From assembly GCA_016794365.1 (NCBI GenBank), contig JAEUKB010000025.1, positions 244,693 to 308,692 of the forward strand: 64,000 bases of DNA, written 5' to 3'. The DNA is from Myxococcales bacterium (GTDB taxonomy: Bacteria > Myxococcota_A > Polyangia > Palsa-1104 > JAEUJZ01). Below are positions 58,611 through 64,000 of the stretch, in pieces (position 1 is the first letter of the stretch; each line of letters begins with the position of its first letter). The notes beneath the pieces are model-generated. The model saw only the letters and a program-made list of their open reading frames with translations. It was not told the origin of the DNA and did not search any database. A program made the translations under genes and the position numbers.

Positions 58611-59431
58611 TCTGCGAACTGTATGAAACGTACTTCAAAGACGGGACGAAGGAACTGATTGCGATTCGGGAATCGATCCGGCTTGACTCGTCGCTAGGAC
58701 GAGCGCTGGTGGGAATCCTCTTGGTGTTCGCACAGATGGAACGGGAAGCGACAGGAGAGCGTACGAAGGAAGCGATTTCTTATATTAGGCGCAGTGGATA
58801 TCACTTTGGAAAGGTGCCCTATGGGAAGCGCGCGGTCGCTGCGCCGGACCATCCAAAGCGCAAGATTCTCGTCGAGAATGAAGCGGAACAGAGCGTCATC
58901 GCGCAGCTTCAGGAGTGGGCGCAGACTGGTGTGAAAGTGACGGAGATGGCGCGGCGACTGAACGCGAAGGGAGTGCTTCCGCCGCAAGGAAAGGAGTGGA
59001 CGAAGAGCCTGGTCTACAACCTCCGTTTGCGGCTGAGTCACATCACGCCGAGGTCGCACAACGCGCGGAGTCACGACGACAATCAGGTGCGCGAGCGGAT
59101 TCTGGAGCTGCGCGCGAAGGGTCATACGCTCAAGCAGATTGCGTCGATTCTGAACGAACAGGGATGGCTTCCGCTCAAGGGTCGCTGCTTTACGGAGCGG
59201 AGTGTGCATGGACTCCTCCGATCGAGTGACGCCACGAAGATTCTGAGTCCCAGACAGTATTTGCAGATGATGCTGACGAAGATGGAACGCGCGCACGCAG
59301 CGGAGAATCCAAAGGAACCGTTCGAGAGTCCGAGTCTTGCGGAGTTAGCGAAGCTGCTCGACGAGGCAGGATACAAGACGCCGAGAGGAAAGGAACACTG
59401 GTGGCCTGCGCAAGTGGCGCAGGTGATGTAA
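58600..59431 (+). pseudogene. Serine recombinase (large resolvase/invertase type) lacking its N-terminal catalytic region; 5' end replaced by the group II intron
   Basis: SIRLDSSLGRALVGILLVFAQMEREATGERTKEAISYIRRSGYHFGKVPYG is the end of the catalytic domain plus the recombinase domain. No catalytic Ser region is present. Confidence 0.55.
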
Positions 59432-59662
59432 GGGCGGTTTGAGGGGTATTATCGAACACAACATGGCGAGGCTGCTCAGTTCGACTGAAGGGCTGGCTTC
59501 GCCGTGGAGCAAATTGCACCCGCTAAGTCGAGAGTTCGCCAGCGTAAGATACCAACCGCGGCGCAGTGCAGAAAGAACCCGAACCGTACTGACTGAATTG
59601 AATGTGCGTCTTTCGCCCGAGGACGAATTGACATCAGCCAGTTAATAGGATTATGTTCCGGC

Positions 59663-60016
59663 ATGGTTTGTTCCTCACCTACAATGTCCAGGGCAAGCGT
59701 GAGTCGGGTACCACATCCGCTAGTACTACAACTATTTTTAGTATTTTCCTTTACGGGAATCTCTTTAGCTGAACCACAATCAGCAAGTCAATTTTGTCAA
59801 GCAGCCAAGAAGCAGACCGCACAGAAGTCCAAGATAGGTAGAGTATTTGGCTTCGTGGAGAAGAGCACCGAGGACTCAGCACAGGCTTCGCTTAATGGTA
59901 ATTGGTTAGAGTTCCCAGATCTGGGAACGCTTCGCAAGATGGCTAGGGGCAGCGCCATCTACGAAACCGCCGAAGTCTGGACGCTCCCCTCTGGAATCTT
60001 GTTCGTCAGCATGTAG
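59663..60016 (+). CDS. Small secreted hypothetical protein in an AT-rich island
   Basis: Signal-like HPLVLQLFLVFSFTGISLA. Local GC is visibly far below the window average. Confidence 0.3.
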   Translation: MVCSSPTMSRASVSRVPHPLVLQLFLVFSFTGISLAEPQSASQFCQAAKKQTAQKSKIGRVFGFVEKSTEDSAQASLNGNWLEFPDLGTLRKMARGSAIYETAEVWTLPSGILFVSM

Positions 60017-60088
60017 CTGACAAGTTCATCGGGGGACTGGAGTAACTTCATCGACTACTGCTACAGGCCTAATGGCTCCTTAGCTTGG

Positions 60089-60328
60089 ATGGAGTCAGAC
60101 TATCGTTTTTTGCCAGGTGAAGGCATTCGTCGTATACGAACACGAGTGTTTTCCCTCGATGGTAAAGTATCATCACAAGATATTCGATTTATTCATCTTA
60201 GCACTGGTAAGCCGACAACCAACGCTCGGTTAGTTATGGATTATGAGAACCCAGTGTACCTTACACCAACCCATCTTCCTTTTACGTCCCAACTTGCAAC
60301 TGTTTATGATAATCAGCGAGCACACTGA
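60089..60328 (+). CDS. Small hypothetical protein in the same AT-rich island
   Basis: ORF in the ORF track in a low-GC region. No motif. Confidence 0.2.
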   Translation: MESDYRFLPGEGIRRIRTRVFSLDGKVSSQDIRFIHLSTGKPTTNARLVMDYENPVYLTPTHLPFTSQLATVYDNQRAH

Positions 60329-60405
60329 TGAAGCGAGTTTTTCTAGCTAGCTAGCTGGCTTCCTATCCTTGGTCTTATTGGAGTGTAAGCGTACCCAACG
60401 AGGAA

Positions 60406-61611
60406 CTACCGTCTTCGACCCGAGCCGCGCGTATGGGAGCGAACATAGGTTCCATCCCTTCGGGTGTAGGAATGGACATACACAGAGCCGCCGGAACCCC
60501 GCTGACGACCACCGCTGCCGCCCCCAACCGACCCGGCATCCACGTCATCTGAATCCGCCGAGGACTGGGCTTGGCGTCGCTCGTCGGCCTTGCGCAGTGA
60601 ATCCGCTTTCTTCGACAGAGCTATCGCTGTGGCCGAAAATGGTGAGTTCGGCGGAACGTGGGCCAGATGGGCGGTGGCGAGTACGTAGGCTCGTTCCTTG
60701 ATGGCAGACCGAGCAGCGCTCAGCCGCAGCAGCGCTGCGCGACGTTGCCACTTTTTCTGAAGCGAGTCTGCCAGGGGTCGTTCGGGGGTGTCGGTGGGTA
60801 TCTTCTGAAGATGGTCATCGGCAGCTTCCAGTCGTTGGAAGATGGTGTCATCCGTGGCCAAGTCGACTTCTTTCTGAGCTGCCGCAAGGCGTTCGCTTGC
60901 TTCCCGCTGCCGCCAAGTCCGAATCAACTCTTCTCCGATGGCATGCTCCGGCACACTTGCGGGAATCTTGCGAAGCATGTCCCTGGCAAGGCCCAGACGT
61001 CGAAAAATGTCCTCACCTGTACCCGATTCCACCTCGTGCTCCGCAGCGAGGATCAACGCACGAGCGGGCCTTGATGCACATTCCAAGAGGAGTGCGTTCG
61101 CCAACGGAGCTTCTGATGCCGAACCGGGGATGGCTCGAAGGTGGCACTCAGCGAGCGTGAGCTGTCCTCCTGTACGAGTTGCGGCATCGAAGCCCTCGTC
61201 CATGGCGGTTCGCGCTGCGTCCAAGTGACCTGCCGACGACATCGCCCGAAACTTGGCCTCAGCGGCTTCCTGCTCTGCCGCCGCCCGTGCGACCGCCGCA
61301 GCCTGATCGCTACGCTTCTTGGCTTCAGACCATCCGGCGGCCAGTCCTAAACCCGTCAATCCTAGCGCAGTAAGAACCATTCCCATTCGTGACCGTGCGA
61401 CACGGCTGACCTTCGCAATGGGCGAGTCTGCCGCGGCGAAGAAGCCACCGATGATGACGACAACAGCCCCGATACAGCCCAGCGTGAGGAGAAGTCGAAA
61501 GGCCAGGCTCTCGGTCGACAGCGCGCCCACCGCGCCAACGTAAAACACGAGTGCAAGCGCAATCAGCCACGGCGAGACTTTGCGAGAAGAACGTCTTCGC
61601 GAACGACCCAT
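60406..61611 (-). CDS. Membrane-anchored hypothetical protein (3 N-terminal TM, long helical periplasmic/cytoplasmic region)
   Basis: Hydropathy of the translated ORF. Arg-rich N-terminus and Gly/Arg-rich C-terminus. Confidence 0.35.
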   Translation of the reverse strand: MGRSRRRSSRKVSPWLIALALVFYVGAVGALSTESLAFRLLLTLGCIGAVVVIIGGFFAAADSPIAKVSRVARSRMGMVLTALGLTGLGLAAGWSEAKKRSDQAAAVARAAAEQEAAEAKFRAMSSAGHLDAARTAMDEGFDAATRTGGQLTLAECHLRAIPGSASEAPLANALLLECASRPARALILAAEHEVESGTGEDIFRRLGLARDMLRKIPASVPEHAIGEELIRTWRQREASERLAAAQKEVDLATDDTIFQRLEAADDHLQKIPTDTPERPLADSLQKKWQRRAALLRLSAARSAIKERAYVLATAHLAHVPPNSPFSATAIALSKKADSLRKADERRQAQSSADSDDVDAGSVGGGSGGRQRGSGGSVYVHSYTRRDGTYVRSHTRGSGRRR

Positions 61612-61813
61612 GTCAGCCTCTCTGCTGGTTGCAGCCAGCGCCGCAAAGTGAAGCGGTGCCAGACCTGTCGGTCAACGCACACAATCGTCTGCTTACAATG
61701 GTGTGTTGAGGGTGGTCAAGCCGTCGTCATCGCTCTCTGCGGAAATCGTTTGGGGAGAAGCGCACTCGGAGCGGGTGCAAAGCGAGTCGGCGGAAGAATG
61801 ACTGGGCGAAGCG

Positions 61814-63064
61814 TCAGGCCCGACCGGCCTCGCGACGCTGGATCAGAAGCCAACACAGTCCTGCCGCAACCAACGTCCAAGTCGCCAGCACCGCAAAATA
61901 GCTCGTTGGCGTTGTCCTGTCCCAATAGCTTCCAGCGATCCCGCCGAGCCAGAAGCCGAGTGCTTGAGCAGCGAACGACAGTCCGATTGTAAACCCAGCC
62001 CGATGCGACGGGACCGTGGTGGCAGCCAGCGCCAGTCCCGAAGGCAGCACTAGCATTTCACCTATCGTCAGACCGAGCTTGCCGCTGAGAAGCCATAGCG
62101 CGCTGACGGGATGAGCGCCAGCTATGAACGCGGCGAGCACCATCACTCCGTATCCAGCGGCCATGAGAAGGAGGCCGATGCGCAGCTTGAGTGAGTCCGA
62201 CGGCTCTCGGTTGTGGCGCTGCATCGATCGCCACACTGCCGACAGGACAGGCGTCAGAATTATCACGATGAGCGATGGAACCGATGCAAAGAGGTCGGGC
62301 GGGATCTGATATGAGCCAATGTTCCTGCGGGTGTGATCGCGAGCCCAGAGCAGCAGCGTCCCCGCACTCTGCGAAAAAGCCAATCCCAGCATCGCGAGCG
62401 CAAGCATCACTCCGATCAGAGCCAGCAGGCGTGGACCTTCGGAATGCCGATTCGGCGCAGAATCCACGGGATCTATGTGCGTCGGCGTCGTGCGCACCGA
62501 GGAACCCCCGATTAGAAGCGAAAGCAGTCCCAGCAGTGCAGCAGCGGTTGCCGTTGCAAAAGCGTTCGCCCAGCCAAACTGGGTACGCAGCAGACCTCCA
62601 ACGATTGGGGCCGTGAAGCCAGCGAGGTTGACCGTCAGATAAAACCAGCCAAAGCCGCTGCTGCGACGAGGATCTCCTGGTTCATAGATCGCGGAGAGCA
62701 GCGCCGTCACCGAAGGCTTGAATAGGCCATTCCCCCCAATCAGCAGAGCCGCCGCGAGTAAGCTCCCCGTTCGCGACTCCAGCGACAGCAGTGCCAGGCC
62801 GATGACCAGTGCGAGCAGACCGGACACCACAGACCGACGGTAGCCGATTCGATCGGCCAGCAAGCCACCACCGATCGCTGCCAAATAGCCGAGCGCCTGC
62901 CAGTACCCAGCAGCTCGTGCCGCATCACCATCAGATAGTTGCCACCGATCGCCTAGGTACAAGACCAGTAGCGACGACAGAAGGAATCCCGCGAACCGCT
63001 CGCAGAACTCAACCACACAGATCGCAACAAGACCGGACGGCTGACGCAAAAGTGCCGAGGACAT
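61814..63064 (-). CDS. MFS transporter, proton-dependent oligopeptide (POT/PTR2)-like
   Basis: N-terminal EFCERFAGFLLSSLLVLYL...GYWQALGYLAAIGGGLLADRIGYRRSV resembles the POT signature region. About 12 TM. Start at MSSALL. Confidence 0.55.
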   Translation of the reverse strand: MSSALLRQPSGLVAICVVEFCERFAGFLLSSLLVLYLGDRWQLSDGDAARAAGYWQALGYLAAIGGGLLADRIGYRRSVVSGLLALVIGLALLSLESRTGSLLAAALLIGGNGLFKPSVTALLSAIYEPGDPRRSSGFGWFYLTVNLAGFTAPIVGGLLRTQFGWANAFATATAAALLGLLSLLIGGSSVRTTPTHIDPVDSAPNRHSEGPRLLALIGVMLALAMLGLAFSQSAGTLLLWARDHTRRNIGSYQIPPDLFASVPSLIVIILTPVLSAVWRSMQRHNREPSDSLKLRIGLLLMAAGYGVMVLAAFIAGAHPVSALWLLSGKLGLTIGEMLVLPSGLALAATTVPSHRAGFTIGLSFAAQALGFWLGGIAGSYWDRTTPTSYFAVLATWTLVAAGLCWLLIQRREAGRA

Positions 63065-63213
63065 GGCTCTCCCTTCCATGCGTATAGACGCACGAGCGAT
63101 GTCGGCAGTGCGCGCGCTCCCGCGGGCAGACGTAGCCCGAGGACATGCCTTTGATGCCCGTAGTGAAAGGTGGCATGATGCCACCGCTTCGACAGCTCGA
63201 AGAATAGTCCGCC

Positions 63214-63522
63214 ATGACCGATAGTCAACCAAAAAGTCTTAATTCAGCTCAAAAGGCCAACATTTCGCCAGGCCAGTGCCGGGCAGCTCGCGGCTTGCTC
63301 GACATCTCGCAACGTCAGCTTGCCGAGGCCGCAGGCGTCAGCCTCACCGCCATCAAGGACTTCGAGTCCAACACCCGAACCCCACGCCCCGCCACCCTGA
63401 AAGCGATCCAAGACGCCATCGAACGCGCCGGGATCATGCTCATCCCAGTAAATGGCGGCGGGGAAGGCGTAAGGCGAAGCACGTCATCTGTGTCATCAAC
63501 CAATGAAACAGAACCGAGGTAG
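63214..63522 (+). CDS. XRE-family helix-turn-helix transcriptional regulator
   Basis: LLDISQRQLAEAAGVSLTAIKDFE shows the HTH_XRE pattern. Confidence 0.6.
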   Translation: MTDSQPKSLNSAQKANISPGQCRAARGLLDISQRQLAEAAGVSLTAIKDFESNTRTPRPATLKAIQDAIERAGIMLIPVNGGGEGVRRSTSSVSSTNETEPR

Positions 63523-63526
63523 AGAA

Positions 63527-64000
63527 AATGTCGACTAAATCTGATGAAATGACATCCAACCAACTTCCAGAACCGTCTGTTGTCATCAACGAAGAGAAGC
63601 TAATTGAAGATTATGTGGCACGCCAACAGTCTATAGCAATTCAGAAAAAGCGTGGCGAACTGAAAGAATCATTCAGTGAAGCCAATCTGCTTGAAATCGC
63701 AAGAACCTGGAACAACAAACTAGCCGCAGCCAAATGGCATTTGAAGAACTTCGGCAGCTTTAGAAGGGAATTAGAGCAAAATAATGGCTCATTGAGCATC
63801 TCCGATATTGAGAGTTGGTTTAGAAGGTCGGAGTTGGACGGGCTATACTTGAAAACAAAGGGCCTAATCCAAGGACCGTTGTATAGTGATTTTCTAGGAC
63901 AAGGACAGGGCTCGCCATCCCATGGGGTAGATACCATTGATGTCTTGAAGATCAGAATGGGAATATATCACTATATATACGATGAAGCCTCAAGAGAATT
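63527..64000 (+). CDS. Hypothetical protein, partial (runs off the window end), AT-rich foreign-looking gene
   Basis: Open frame from ATG 63527 (MSTKSDEMTSNQLPEP...) with no stop before the window end. GC is visibly low. Confidence 0.3.

Overview
High-GC (~65%) chromosomal window. Its gene content (several Hanks-type Ser/Thr kinases, TPR proteins, Cys-rich lipoproteins, a DUF1552/DUF1592 pair, a sigma-54 activator) is typical of a myxobacterium or related deltaproteobacterium. Roughly 11.0-36.5 kb is a single minus-strand type VI secretion (T6SS)-like locus: tssB, tssC, an Hcp-like tube candidate, tssK, tssE, two large unknown genes (a ~680-aa protein in a lower-GC stretch and a 1568-aa Ser/Gly/Gln/Met-rich repetitive giant), tssF, tssL, tssM, tssJ, a divergent adenylate-forming enzyme, a DUF4280 (PAAR-like) protein, a TssA-like protein with a ~130-residue poly-acidic repeat, and a displaced tssG. 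A divergently transcribed FHA-domain bEBP-type regulator that lacks GAFTGA sits upstream of tssB. No ClpV or VgrG is visible in the window. Upstream (4.2-11.1 kb), one Ser/Thr kinase gene is split at its catalytic loop by a ~5.6-kb accessory segment (TetR + P450, an F420-type oxidoreductase, an esterase lipoprotein, and a C39-like peptidase with an Ala/Lys-rich repeat N-terminus). Related short repeats mark all junctions, and a third catalytic-loop remnant sits inside the insert. Downstream lie a candidate lipoprotein/peptidoglycan-amidase immunity-effector pair, a large STPK-TPR protein, housekeeping-like genes, and a decayed mobile-element region (50-64 kb): a group II intron with its RT/maturase between a truncated FGE-sulfatase gene and a truncated serine recombinase, a second ~150-bp recombinase remnant, and AT-rich islands encoding small proteins. 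No rRNA, tRNA or CRISPR array was detected by eye. All assignments rest on reading the translated ORFs for family motifs. No database search was possible.
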